Sequence record: MK250021.1
DNA length: 64,000 nt
Strand: one strand, 5' to 3'
Shown here: positions 21,535-32,207 of the stretch, one piece after another
How the letters are laid out: each line of letters starts with the position of its first letter
Position numbering within the stretch: the stretch's first letter is position 1
Translations under genes and position numbers: made by a program
The notes under the pieces: model-generated
Databases searched by the model: none
Seen by the model: the letters and a program-made list of their open reading frames with translations, nothing else
Told to the model about the DNA's origin: nothing

Positions 21535-22640
21535 AATGAGTTATTAGACTTATGCACAATCTAATAACTCACAAACACTTTATTCTAAATTTATTATATT
21601 TACATCTTATTTAAAGATGTCCCTCATGTTGTTATTCGTACGAACATAAGTTTCTGCCTCTTATGATTCACTTTAACGTTTGCCCGTTATATAATGAATG
21701 TTCATACTGAACTTCGTTATGTCCATAAGGACAAATGGCTGAGAACTTGACCAACACCTACTCTCAATGCTGTAACGTTGGAGTTACATGTTCACACAAC
21801 TCTTATTTCTAAGAGGTTGAGAGCATACCCACGACTTTTGTAAAAAATCGTAAACTCTTACTTGATAGGTTTCATAGAAATTCATTTCATACCAACTTCC
21901 TTGGAAGGATTCAATGTGTCCCCACATTTAGCACGATACTACTCTTACTATTCTCATGTCTTTCCTTGCGGTACTCGAATCATGTCTACATATTACAGTA
22001 GAATAAGGGTATTTTAACCACCAAGTGTCGCACACTTTTGCTTATACATAATTATATGTTAAATAAAATAATTTCCAATATTATTATTCTTATTATATAT
22101 TCTTTAGACTTGAAAGACGAGGTGCGACCAATAGCATTTCTTCCTTTTGAGAAGAACCCACTAAATCGCCTTTCTGAAATTTCGTTACACCAATGTAACC
22201 ATATTTCTACTCTTATAACTTACCTATTGTTTTTCAATAGTAATCTTACCATTTCTGAACAAGTTACCAGCTTGTATAAATTATTTGGTTTATAATTTAT
22301 ATAAGATTCATTATAACAATTAATATTAGCACTGGGAATTGGTATTCCGATCACTAAATATCCATAAACTTAAACTTCTATTGTATTACTACTCACATCA
22401 GTTGTCTATCAAACTTCCAATGTATATAAACTTCATCTCAGGAATTATCCCATCAATTTCCCATTTATACAGGCACTTACTAAGTTTGGTTTTCTGTAGA
22501 ATGCTCATTATTCATAAACATCGATAAACATGTCTACTGTTTACCTTTATCACATCACTGCTTTATCCTTACCCCACCGAAACCATGGGTTTATATTTCA
22601 AAGAACTCATCTTGAATAAAATAAATTCATTCAAATTTTA
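21535..22640 (-). ncRNA. Candidate GOLLD-like large ncRNA (~1100 nt transcription unit)
   Basis: No credible ORF; raised GC; class II promoter at 22646-22674 and terminator GAGTTATTAGA/TCTAATAACTC at ~21538-21570; ordered motifs CUCAAAAGG, AAUGCUAUU, AAUAUUGGAA, AAGCAAAAG-UGUGC, GAGUACCGCAAGGA, AAGAGUA recall GOLLD (from memory, not a covariance-model hit). Confidence 0.6.
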
Positions 22641-22645
22641 TACTT

Positions 22646-22674
22646 ATTATATAATCAATAATTTAAAAAGTCTA
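22646..22674 (-). promoter_or_regulatory. Class II promoter TAGACT-N17-TATAAT
   Basis: Immediately upstream of the candidate ncRNA; a second copy (TAGACT-N17-TATAAA) at 22762-22790. Confidence 0.65.
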
Positions 22675-22816
22675 TATTTTAATAGATATATTTCAAAATT
22701 TTTATTGTTAACTGTTATTAAAAATATTAAATATTAAAATCTTTTTAAACTTGATTCTAAATTTATATATTAAATTAAATAGAAAGTCTATATTTCAATA
22801 CAATATTTTTAAAAAA

Positions 22817-22993
22817 TTATTTTAAACAATATTCTAAATCAAATATAAAGTCTCCTAATAGTTCAATCTTTTTCCTAATAAGTTCTGATTCTAAATCAAA
22901 TTTATGATCTATACAAAAATTTAATTCAATATATAACTTATCTCTATTAGATTTCCATTTATCTATTAATTCTTTCTTTGTTAATTTTTCCAT
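22817..22993 (-). CDS. Hypothetical protein, 58 aa
   Basis: MEKLTKKELIDKWK... ORF below the track cutoff, packed against the upstream gene. Confidence 0.55.
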   Translation of the reverse strand: MEKLTKKELIDKWKSNRDKLYIELNFCIDHKFDLESELIRKKIELLGDFIFDLEYCLK

Positions 22994-22994
22994 C

Positions 22995-23495
22995 TTAAAA
23001 ATTCATTATATTTACACCAGCAATAGAAAGAAATTTTATATTCTTAATAATTTCACATGCTTTATCTTCTGGAAATATAATTTTAAAATCATCATAAACA
23101 TCCATTACTTCTTGCCATTTACATTCATCTCTTGGTGCTTCCATAGAAGTATATATTTTAGCAATAAGCATTCTTTTTTTAAATTGATTATAAAACGTAC
23201 TTCTTGGATACATCCCATGTTCATATCCTCCATTTGGATGATGTCCCATCCAATCAGGTTCAATATAATGACTCCATTTTACTCCTTCAAAATATAAAGT
23301 CTTATCTGGTTTTACACTAATAGAAATACTTTTATTTTTATCTTTTTGATATTCTATAAATTCAAGAAAATTATTTAATGCATCAAGATATTTCTCTGCA
23401 TATTCTGCTTCTTCTTTTTTATCAAAAATATAACTAAAACCAAAAGTATTATCTACAACTTCATATTTTACTTTTGTCTCAATCTTATTAATCAT
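22995..23495 (-). CDS. Hypothetical protein, ~166 aa
   Basis: Intact ORF; probable start MINKIETK. Confidence 0.7.
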   Translation of the reverse strand: MINKIETKVKYEVVDNTFGFSYIFDKKEEAEYAEKYLDALNNFLEFIEYQKDKNKSISISVKPDKTLYFEGVKWSHYIEPDWMGHHPNGGYEHGMYPRSTFYNQFKKRMLIAKIYTSMEAPRDECKWQEVMDVYDDFKIIFPEDKACEIIKNIKFLSIAGVNIMNF

Positions 23496-23511
23496 ATTAT
23501 TATTTTTATAA

Positions 23512-23664
23512 TTAATCATTTTCTCCCCATGGTAATTCACTATCTGGATCTATTACATCACCACCATGATTACCATCTACATTAAAACCTGATTGAAAAT
23601 TACTCATAATATTCATGTCAACAGGAATAACATTAATATTTGGTTTTATATAATTCTTTTTCAT
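23512..23664 (-). CDS. Small peptide, 50 aa, MKKNYIKP... (Prevotella-type)
   Basis: MKKNYIKPNINVIPVDMNIMSNFQSGFNVDGNHGGDVIDPDSELPWGEND. Confidence 0.6.
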   Translation of the reverse strand: MKKNYIKPNINVIPVDMNIMSNFQSGFNVDGNHGGDVIDPDSELPWGEND

Positions 23665-23707
23665 ATTAAAATTCTTCAACTCGTTATTCAAATAATGTTT
23701 TCTAAAA

Positions 23708-23986
23708 TTATTTAACTGTTACTTTAATTTTAGATTCTGTTACCTTTCCATTAACTACAGTATTTATAGTATCAATAGAAATAGAATCCAAACTCTTAAT
23801 GAATACATTAGGAATTTTTTCTATAGTAATTAAACTATCTCTATATTGAATAGAATCTTTACTCAAATTAATTGTATCATGTATAGGTTCTTGATTCAAA
23901 CTAGGAATATGTTTATTAATCCAAAAATATTGAACAGCAATACCAATAATAATTCCAATAATAAATGTCCAAAAAATATGTTTCAT
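23708..23986 (-). CDS. Membrane-anchored protein, 92 aa
   Basis: N-terminal TM helix followed by DTI/DSI-rich segment. Confidence 0.65.
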   Translation of the reverse strand: MKHIFWTFIIGIIIGIAVQYFWINKHIPSLNQEPIHDTINLSKDSIQYRDSLITIEKIPNVFIKSLDSISIDTINTVVNGKVTESKIKVTVK

Positions 23987-24010
23987 TTTTCTATATTATT
24001 TAAAATAAAA

Positions 24011-24217
24011 TTAAACTTTTAAATTAACTAAATCTTTATACTTTATTTCTTTATACTTTGTTTTATTAATAGATATAAAAATAGGCTTATCAGTATAACT
24101 TTTATAATAATTTAACGATTCGTCTTTACTAATAAACCACTTTGTTTCTTTATCTAAAATTTTTCCAGATAAACTTCTTCCTAATCCTATCCGAATAATA
24201 ATATTATTTTTCAACAT
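24011..24217 (-). CDS. Hypothetical protein, 68 aa
   Basis: Short ORF next to the assembly gap. Confidence 0.45.
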   Translation of the reverse strand: MLKNNIIIRIGLGRSLSGKILDKETKWFISKDESLNYYKSYTDKPIFISINKTKYKEIKYKDLVNLKV

Positions 24218-24259
24218 AATTAAAAATAATTTTTCAAAAAGAAATTTATAAATTAATTA

Positions 24260-24693
24260 NNNNNNNNNNNNNNNNNNNNNNNNNNNNNNNNNNNNNNNNN
24301 NNNNNNNNNNNNNNNNNNNNNNNNNNNNNNNNNNNNNNNNNNNNNNNNNNNNNNNNNNNNNNNNNNNNNNNNNNNNNNNNNNNNNNNNNNNNNNNNNNNN
24401 NNNNNNNNNNNNNNNNNNNNNNNNNNNNNNNNNNNNNNNNNNNNNNNNNNNNNNNNNNNNNNNNNNNNNNNNNNNNNNNNNNNNNNNNNNNNNNNNNNNN
24501 NNNNNNNNNNNNNNNNNNNNNNNNNNNNNNNNNNNNNNNNNNNNNNNNNNNNNNNNNNNNNNNNNNNNNNNNNNNNNNNNNNNNNNNNNNNNNNNNNNNN
24601 NNNNNNNNNNNNNNNNNNNNNNNNNNNNNNNNNNNNNNNNNNNNNNNNNNNNNNNNNNNNNNNNNNNNNNNNNNNNNNNNNNNNNNNNNNNNN
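24260..24693. other. Assembly gap (N run, 434 nt)
   Basis: Run of N. Confidence 1.
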
Positions 24694-24711
24694 TTTATAA
24701 TTTGTTGTAAA

Positions 24712-25434
24712 TCAATTCTTTAACTTATTTACTGTATTATTAAATACATTATTAAACTCTTCTTCTGTTATATAAGACATCTTTTCATCTAAACGTTCAT
24801 CCAATACGTCTTTAATATCGACTGATTCTCTTTTAATCATGAAATAATCAGTTCCGTCTAACCATGATTTTACTAATACTCTTGTAATATCTAAATTACC
24901 TTGATAATCTTTATCTATACCATGAATCTTTACATACTCATATACAGGTATAAATTTATCTGATATTTTTTCATCTTTTTCTTTATCAGATAAATTTTGT
25001 GTTTCTAAATCATCAATGAATTTAGTGAATAATGTTTTATTAAATTCTATACGAGTTGTTCTGTTCTTTAAATATGATACAGGTAAAATCGGTACTTCTG
25101 TTGTAATGGGGAAATCATCACTTAAAGGACATATTTGTTCTACAACCCAAACGATATATTCATTATTAACATTGAATTTATTTAGATTATATGTTTGTCG
25201 TTTATCATGACTTAAATTCCACACTTTATCAGAATAAGGAATGACCGCAATATATGTTTCATTAAAAATATCTTTTCCTAATTGTTCAGATGTAACTTTA
25301 CATTTATTTGATTCATCATCTCTATGATAATTGATACAATATAATTTTACTCCATCAGGAATTAAGATTTTATTTTCACATGATTCATATGCAAATCTCC
25401 AAATCTTATATTCTTTATATTTTGCTTTACTCAT
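24712..25434 (-). CDS. Hypothetical protein, 240 aa
   Basis: Intact ORF. Confidence 0.7.
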   Translation of the reverse strand: MSKAKYKEYKIWRFAYESCENKILIPDGVKLYCINYHRDDESNKCKVTSEQLGKDIFNETYIAVIPYSDKVWNLSHDKRQTYNLNKFNVNNEYIVWVVEQICPLSDDFPITTEVPILPVSYLKNRTTRIEFNKTLFTKFIDDLETQNLSDKEKDEKISDKFIPVYEYVKIHGIDKDYQGNLDITRVLVKSWLDGTDYFMIKRESVDIKDVLDERLDEKMSYITEEEFNNVFNNTVNKLKN

Positions 25435-25451
25435 TATTTACTTATATTATT

Positions 25452-25760
25452 TTATCTTCCTATACAATCATCATCTCCCCATCGGTTTTTAATTACTAAT
25501 CCATTATCATTTATAAAACAATTACATTTCATTCCAAGTTGAATATATAATGATTTTTCATAATTTATTGTTATAGGAAGTTCACCATATATAGTGTATG
25601 TGTTATTTTTATTCATAATACATATATTACCATATGTTTCAGGATATTTTGGATATAATTTATTGCGCTTTGCAAAGGCGATATTTAATTCTAAGATATG
25701 AATTTTTATATAATTTGGTATTTCATCCATATCTTTTTGTTGAATAGTTTCGTTTTTCAT
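25452..25760 (-). CDS. Hypothetical protein, 102 aa
   Basis: Intact ORF. Confidence 0.65.
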   Translation of the reverse strand: MKNETIQQKDMDEIPNYIKIHILELNIAFAKRNKLYPKYPETYGNICIMNKNNTYTIYGELPITINYEKSLYIQLGMKCNCFINDNGLVIKNRWGDDDCIGR

Positions 25761-25914
25761 ATATTTAAAATAAAACTTAAGAAAAACTTAAGAAAATGAT
25801 TAAATTCTCTATGTTTTTCTTAAGTTTTTCTAAGAAATTTTGATGTATTTTTCAAACGAGTATACTCCTACTGTAAATTTAAAAATACTCGTTTTAGATA
25901 CTTAAAACAGTACA

Positions 25915-26565
25915 TTATTTTTGATTAACACTTGAGTTATATTCAGCTCTAACTTTCTCAATTGCATCACACATATTTACAGACTTTCCTGTATTCTTAT
26001 CAATCGTATTACAATCATCTTCTGGATCACCGACAAGTTCTTTGTATACTTCATATGCCTCTGGAAATTCATCCTTCAACTTATTAACAGTAGTAATATT
26101 ATTCAATACACAAAGAACAGACTTTCCCCATTTTGCAATATCAAACATTTTCATAAGAATCTGTTTGCATTCATTAAACAAATCAGGATGATTACTCTTA
26201 AGATATTTAAGAACATTCTCTGAATTATATCCTGAATTCTTTGTATCATTAAACATCTTTAAAAATACATTATGAATTTCAAAATCAGGATAATAAAAGC
26301 AATTCAAGCATTCACAACGTTTTGGCTCTTCTCCTTTCTCAAAGAAATAATGTCCATAAATGCGAACAGTATTCATATCCATAAATTTTTCGTGGTCCTT
26401 AATAAAATCACGAACATCCTTTGGTACTTGATTAAACAAAAATCTAGAAATCTCTTCAGACTTCTCCTTAATTTGTGGAGTAATTTCCTTTGCACAACGA
26501 TTACGATACATGCGATTTGCAATATGTTCTCTTACTTCTTTAGTTAACTTCTTATATGCTACCAT
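25915..26565 (-). CDS. Hypothetical protein, 216 aa
   Basis: Intact ORF. Confidence 0.75.
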   Translation of the reverse strand: MVAYKKLTKEVREHIANRMYRNRCAKEITPQIKEKSEEISRFLFNQVPKDVRDFIKDHEKFMDMNTVRIYGHYFFEKGEEPKRCECLNCFYYPDFEIHNVFLKMFNDTKNSGYNSENVLKYLKSNHPDLFNECKQILMKMFDIAKWGKSVLCVLNNITTVNKLKDEFPEAYEVYKELVGDPEDDCNTIDKNTGKSVNMCDAIEKVRAEYNSSVNQK

Positions 26566-26597
26566 TTTTTACTAATAATTAAAATGTTAAATATATT

Positions 26598-27155
26598 TTA
26601 TTTTTTTCTCTTTACTTTAGTATATGGATCATTCCATACGCCTTCAATAATCAATTTACCATGTGGAATATTAAATTTTGTTTCAATATCCTCTATAGTT
26701 ACCGTATATTTTTTTGAATTCTCTTTATCTGAATTAATCTTATTTCTTAATTCTTTTTCTTTTTGCTTACGATATTCATTGCATTCAATAGGATTATCAA
26801 ATAATGCAATATCCCATTTATTAGGATTAACATTCCGAGATACCTGATGAATACCTAAATTATAAGGGATCATAGATTTTACTTTTGTATATGATAATTT
26901 ATTTTCACGAACAATTTTATCTATTAATGATTCTACTGCAGGTGAATATGGAGTAAAGAAAGCATACTTATTTTTATGTTCATCTAATTTTACAATTACA
27001 GGAACAATAAAATTAAAAGATACTTTCCCCTTATTCAATATAATAGGGCATGCCCATATTAACTTATTAAAATCTTTACTTAAAAAATCAACATAAGGTG
27101 TAAAATCATTAGGCATCAATAAGTTATCTAATGATTTAATATTAATAATTCTCAT
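26598..27155 (-). CDS. Hypothetical protein, 185 aa
   Basis: Intact ORF. Confidence 0.7.
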   Translation of the reverse strand: MRIINIKSLDNLLMPNDFTPYVDFLSKDFNKLIWACPIILNKGKVSFNFIVPVIVKLDEHKNKYAFFTPYSPAVESLIDKIVRENKLSYTKVKSMIPYNLGIHQVSRNVNPNKWDIALFDNPIECNEYRKQKEKELRNKINSDKENSKKYTVTIEDIETKFNIPHGKLIIEGVWNDPYTKVKRKK

Positions 27156-27224
27156 ATTTTCTTATTTTGTTAAAATAATATAAACATTTTTAGTATATTT
27201 TAATATAATAATTGTTAACTGTTA

Positions 27225-27914
27225 TTAATATAAATCTCGATGAAGAGATGAATCAAATAAACAATTCATAGATTCATATGAATCAACAATTATAAGTTCA
27301 TCTGGTTTAATACCTAATAAATTTGTAATATCTGTAATTGTATATACATGATGTCCATCTGTTTGTTTCTTTAACATTTTATAGTAATTCTCAAATGCTT
27401 TACGATAACCTTCAGCATCTTCGTATGTAGCAAAAATTTTTGCATTCTTTGCAGAATTCTCTAAAAATGTTAATTTTGATTCATTATCTTTTTCATATAC
27501 ATTCAATGTAATCCAATCATAACGAACATTAAAAGTTAAATCGATCTTTTTCTTATTAAGTTCCTTTGCGGATATTGAAGTGATACCTAAGGTTGTACTA
27601 AATTTATTAATAAGATTATATGTACTAATTCCTATAAGTGAGTAATTTTCACGATTGGGATATACAGAATGATCAATATTATTCTTACGAATAAATGCAG
27701 GAATAATTTTATTGTTATAAATTCTATCATTCCTATATTGAATAGTACAAACCCATACAATACGATATGGAATATTACAAGTAACTGGATTATTCATTAC
27801 TTTCTTAATATTCTCATCTGATGTGATATAATTGTCAAGTTCTTTTGTTGTATCAATAAAGAACTTATTATATGAATTTAATTCATCACGCAATTCATTT
27901 AAAGACTTTTTCAT
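27225..27914 (-). CDS. Hypothetical protein, 229 aa
   Basis: Intact ORF. Confidence 0.7.
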   Translation of the reverse strand: MKKSLNELRDELNSYNKFFIDTTKELDNYITSDENIKKVMNNPVTCNIPYRIVWVCTIQYRNDRIYNNKIIPAFIRKNNIDHSVYPNRENYSLIGISTYNLINKFSTTLGITSISAKELNKKKIDLTFNVRYDWITLNVYEKDNESKLTFLENSAKNAKIFATYEDAEGYRKAFENYYKMLKKQTDGHHVYTITDITNLLGIKPDELIIVDSYESMNCLFDSSLHRDLY

Positions 27915-27942
27915 TATCTATTGTTTTTTAATTATTCATTAT

Positions 27943-27955
27943 TACAAAGATACAT
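27943..27955 (-). promoter_or_regulatory. Class I promoter
   Basis: TACAAAGATACAT. Confidence 0.7.
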
Positions 27956-28028
27956 AAATTATATGTAAAATAAAAAAGTCTGACTAAATATTTCTATTTA
28001 ATCAGACATTATTAACAATATTTAATTT

Positions 28029-29195
28029 TTATGCATATAAATATATTTTTTTCATTTCTTTACCAGAAGGTGTTGTAAATGTTATAACTGCATATTTTCT
28101 TTCAAATCCATCCCATTCGCATTCCATATCTTCACCTCTGCCATTATAACGGTCCGCATCATCAAGGTCTCGTTTTAAATCAAGCTTTGCTTTCCAATTA
28201 GGCTTCTTTGTTGATTGAATTGATTTTTTATATTCAATACATTTTTTTGAATTATGTGCAAGCAATCTTAAATCAAACCTATCAAATATGCGAGATCGTT
28301 TTCCTGACACTCTTTCATCTGAAATATCCATTATATCTAATGGTTTACATTTCAATGTATTCTGAATATATTTATTCAATGATAGGAATTCTTTACATGG
28401 TTTAGAAATATACTTAATGGAATCAACCCATGGTTTATCATCATTATTACTTAGCCAACTACTATATGGTTTATGAATACCATCAATACGTGTGTAGTTA
28501 GGTAAATCTATTTTATACAATTTATATGTATAAATATCTTCCATTAATCCATCAATATCACCATTTGGATAATATTTTTCTAATATATTTTCATTATCAT
28601 AATAAAAATTATTAATATTAATATCGATAATAGGAAACTTTTCAGTTTTTTTATTTGCTATATATTTCTTTAATAGTTTTGAAATAACTTCTTGCTTATT
28701 ATTTGATGATGATGAAGTATTTCTTGAAGATGATGTACCTCTTAATGTTCCAGATAATACACGTTCACTTGCATTTACACCAAACTCTTGTAATGTAATA
28801 TTTGAACCAATAAGTTTATTAATCCATCTAACAATTTCATTCGCTGATATAGGATTTACTCTAAATACTTTTGTAAATGCTTCTATTGTAGCATCTGTAC
28901 GCTTTGGTATTTTTGCTTCTGTTTCACCTACAAATGTATAAATCAATTTTGGATTTCCAAAAGACATAAGCTTACATTTTCTTCCTTGTTTAATAATACG
29001 AAGAACATAAGATTGATTTGTTGGTGTATATACCATATACAAATAATATACAGGATAACCTGTGGTTCCATTTGATTTTAATTTTACAAGATTACATCTA
29101 TAATATGCTCCATCAGCAGAAGCAATATTTTCAAATGCAAATTTAACTGCTTGCTTTTCTGTTGTATCTAAAGATTCAAATAATTTATTAATCAT
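28029..29195 (-). CDS. Hypothetical protein, 388 aa, MINKLFES N-terminus (possible virion protein)
   Basis: Intact ORF; LFES motif; TATAAATA at 29230-29237. Confidence 0.65.
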   Translation of the reverse strand: MINKLFESLDTTEKQAVKFAFENIASADGAYYRCNLVKLKSNGTTGYPVYYLYMVYTPTNQSYVLRIIKQGRKCKLMSFGNPKLIYTFVGETEAKIPKRTDATIEAFTKVFRVNPISANEIVRWINKLIGSNITLQEFGVNASERVLSGTLRGTSSSRNTSSSSNNKQEVISKLLKKYIANKKTEKFPIIDININNFYYDNENILEKYYPNGDIDGLMEDIYTYKLYKIDLPNYTRIDGIHKPYSSWLSNNDDKPWVDSIKYISKPCKEFLSLNKYIQNTLKCKPLDIMDISDERVSGKRSRIFDRFDLRLLAHNSKKCIEYKKSIQSTKKPNWKAKLDLKRDLDDADRYNGRGEDMECEWDGFERKYAVITFTTPSGKEMKKIYLYA

Positions 29196-29246
29196 TATAT
29201 TATTAAAATTATTTAAGTTTAATATAATATATTTATATCTAATTAA

Positions 29247-30407
29247 TTACCATCTATGATAACGTTTTCTATATGAATAATTACCAGATGGATTATTTTC
29301 TGTATAATCATTTGTAATTACCCAATATGAAATTCCAACATTATATAGTAACATAATAATAAGAATAGCAATATACCATCCTGTACTTAATTCTATATTA
29401 ATATAATTAAAATCAGAAAATTCTTTCCTATTCCAATTTGTATCAATTTGTGTATCTAACCATTCAGCATATTCTTTAAAATTAATGGTAGGATGATTAA
29501 TGAAATAATCACGTGTTTTTACTTCAAGCAAAGGTTTATCACACCATGAAAATGGATTACACCAAATAATTTTATTATTCTTTATACCAAGACATACAAT
29601 AAACTCGTTCTTATTTCCACCTTGCCAATATGCCTTTTGCATTTCTGATATTTCTATGTTAGATGTATTGTAACAACATATCAATACATGAATTTGATTC
29701 TTTGGACCTCTGTAGCCATTCAAATACCTAACAGCGTCAATATCAGATTCATTTGCGTTATATCCAATTATTGGATTCTGATCATATAACTTAGTTTCAG
29801 GATATTCATATAAACCATTTTCTTTTGCATCTTCTTTACTTATATTAGAATATTTAAAGATAGAATATGAAGATGCTTTTACTTTATTCTGATACATATG
29901 TGTCCATGTTACAGGATATGAATTCTCTCTTGTTCTATTCCAATATGTAATATATGCATCTCCATCTTCTAAATGATAATTTCTATGCATATCTTTAAAT
30001 ACTGGTTGCGTATTTAATTTTTTACATATATACTGATAATCTTTTTTAGATATTGATTCTTTATCTCCATGTATTGTTTCATAAATATATTCAGCAGGAT
30101 GGTATCTTCGTTCAGGTACTGTATATGTTACGGTTCGTGTTTTACCGTTACCACATGAAACAGTTCTAGTATGTGTTACCATAACTATTTCATCCCATGG
30201 TTCATAATATGTTACTTTACTTATTAAATCACTTAAATATTCTGTGTCTAATGATGATATATATACAAATGAATATTTAAGGCCAAGAAATAATAATAAT
30301 GATGGTACAGCTACAATAAAATATTCCCATATTGCAGTTTGCTTACGAAATTTCCATGCTAATATTATTATTGTAATAATAGGTATTAAAAAAATTATTA
30401 TTTCCAT
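29247..30407 (-). CDS. Membrane protein, 386 aa
   Basis: Two N-terminal TM helices and one C-terminal TM helix around a large soluble domain. Confidence 0.8.
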   Translation of the reverse strand: MEIIIFLIPIITIIILAWKFRKQTAIWEYFIVAVPSLLLFLGLKYSFVYISSLDTEYLSDLISKVTYYEPWDEIVMVTHTRTVSCGNGKTRTVTYTVPERRYHPAEYIYETIHGDKESISKKDYQYICKKLNTQPVFKDMHRNYHLEDGDAYITYWNRTRENSYPVTWTHMYQNKVKASSYSIFKYSNISKEDAKENGLYEYPETKLYDQNPIIGYNANESDIDAVRYLNGYRGPKNQIHVLICCYNTSNIEISEMQKAYWQGGNKNEFIVCLGIKNNKIIWCNPFSWCDKPLLEVKTRDYFINHPTINFKEYAEWLDTQIDTNWNRKEFSDFNYINIELSTGWYIAILIIMLLYNVGISYWVITNDYTENNPSGNYSYRKRYHRW

Positions 30408-30441
30408 ATATTATTATTTTATTTAAAATTAAAAATTATGT

Positions 30442-30454
30442 TACAAAGATACAT
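30442..30454 (-). promoter_or_regulatory. Class I promoter
   Basis: TACAAAGATACAT. Confidence 0.7.
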
Positions 30455-30525
30455 ATAATTTATAAAATAAAAAATCTTATAGATAAAAACTAATTTACCT
30501 ATAAGATTTAAATAAGTGTTGTTAT

Positions 30526-31059
30526 TTAATAGATTCTTTTAAAGTTTTCATAAAAATCTTTCGCATGCTTTACAAAATACGGACCATCAGGACAATCATT
30601 ATATACTGCTTTATATAAAACTAAATCTTCATTTTTTCTCCAGTAATAATTTGGGTGTTCTAAATATTCATCATCAAAATATTCAGGATCTAAATCAATA
30701 TCTTTAAATAATAGATGTTCTTGAACTAATTCATATTCTCTATGTTCAAAATCTTTTGCATTTTTATAGATATATCTTCCAATACCTTTATTCTCTATAT
30801 TCCATTCTGTTTGATACCAATATTCACTTAAGCTTCTATCATGTTCATCAGGAAATTTATCTTGATTCATATATTCCTTATTAACATGAAGATAATGAAA
30901 CGTATCTTGAACATATCCACCAAACCAACAAATTCCTAATATAAGTTCTTTTTGTGTATCATGAATTTCGACAACTCTCATACCTTGAGTCATTTTAGGA
31001 AATTCTTTACAACAATGAAATATATAATCTCCTTCTTTTATATCTTTTAGCTTTTTCAT
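30526..31059 (-). CDS. Hypothetical protein, 177 aa
   Basis: Intact ORF. Confidence 0.7.
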   Translation of the reverse strand: MKKLKDIKEGDYIFHCCKEFPKMTQGMRVVEIHDTQKELILGICWFGGYVQDTFHYLHVNKEYMNQDKFPDEHDRSLSEYWYQTEWNIENKGIGRYIYKNAKDFEHREYELVQEHLLFKDIDLDPEYFDDEYLEHPNYYWRKNEDLVLYKAVYNDCPDGPYFVKHAKDFYENFKRIY

Positions 31060-31370
31060 TTCTTTCTAATTAAGTTTTTAATTGTATAAAAATATAAAAA
31101 TTTAGTTTATTAAATATTGTTAATTAAAATATTTTTATTAATTTTTTCCCCAATATTATTATGGTATTTTTTAATATAATAATTAAAATTATTATTTTTA
31201 ACTATGAATGAAACTAATGTGAAAGAACCTAAACGTATAAAGCAATATATAGATACACATATATGGTTAAGTTTTTGTAAATTATTAAAAGCTTATGTTT
31301 TAATAAGTAATAATTTATATATTTATTTGCTTTATAAAAATTAAAATTTTATGAACGCATACATAAATTG

Positions 31371-32051
31371 TTATTTGTTTGTAATATTAAATAATAATTC
31401 TACTTCTTCTAATAAACTTACTTTATTTTCTTCTATTATTTTCTTTGAATATGATAATTTCATATTCTTCCATGTTTCTAATAGAAACTTTATATGTTCT
31501 GCTAAGAATTTATTCCAATCATGAATTCTCATCTCGTCTTTCAAACCACATGCACATTGTGTGAAATAATCAGATGAAAATGAAACTAATATATCACATT
31601 CTCTTAATATCCGTTGATATAAATTTAAATCATCATCATTAATCATATAAGGATAACATGTTGCATCTATATTATCTCCTATAATTTTAATCAAATGATT
31701 ACATGATTCATCATTAATAAATTCAGTTCTAATATAATTCTTCATTACATCTTTTGCGATATTGATATTTGTAATATCATCATATTTTCCTGCGCTATGA
31801 TTAAAATCATGAAATATTGCAGACATTAAAAGAATATATAAGCCTTCATTATCTAATTTAAATTCATAATTATCAGTTTGACTTTCTTCATATATACAAC
31901 ATATATGATACATCATCGCAAATGTATGGTTTATATTATGATATGGATTTGTAAGAGATATACAATTATTAATATAATATGTAAATAATTTCTTTAAATC
32001 TTCATTTGCATTTATATATGTTAAAACTTTTACTTGATCTGTATTAATCAT
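31371..32051 (-). CDS. HD-domain phosphohydrolase
   Basis: YHNINHT...AIFHDFNH...ECD metal-binding pattern. Confidence 0.85.
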   Translation of the reverse strand: MINTDQVKVLTYINANEDLKKLFTYYINNCISLTNPYHNINHTFAMMYHICCIYEESQTDNYEFKLDNEGLYILLMSAIFHDFNHSAGKYDDITNINIAKDVMKNYIRTEFINDESCNHLIKIIGDNIDATCYPYMINDDDLNLYQRILRECDILVSFSSDYFTQCACGLKDEMRIHDWNKFLAEHIKFLLETWKNMKLSYSKKIIEENKVSLLEEVELLFNITNK

Positions 32052-32207
32052 ATTTAATAAATTTAATTCAAATTTTATATAATAGTTTAAATAAAAAGAC
32101 TTATTAAATAATGTAATTAAAATAAAAATCCAGATAATAATCTTATCAATTAAGAGAATTATCTGGATAAAATAATATATTTAATTTATGATTTATGATT
32201 CAATATA

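Noticed and set aside
22038-22527. Track ORFs 22038-22295 and 22339-22527 (+)
   Set aside because: TTG starts, atypical composition, and antisense to the promoter-terminator-bounded ncRNA candidate
6164-23986. Spanin assignment for the lipoprotein at 6164 or the membrane protein at 23708
   Set aside because: No nested or adjacent i-spanin/o-spanin pair, and no endolysin or holin nearby
24260-24693. N runs as a biological signal
   Set aside because: They are scaffold gaps; they also warn that nearby single-base lesions may be assembly artefacts
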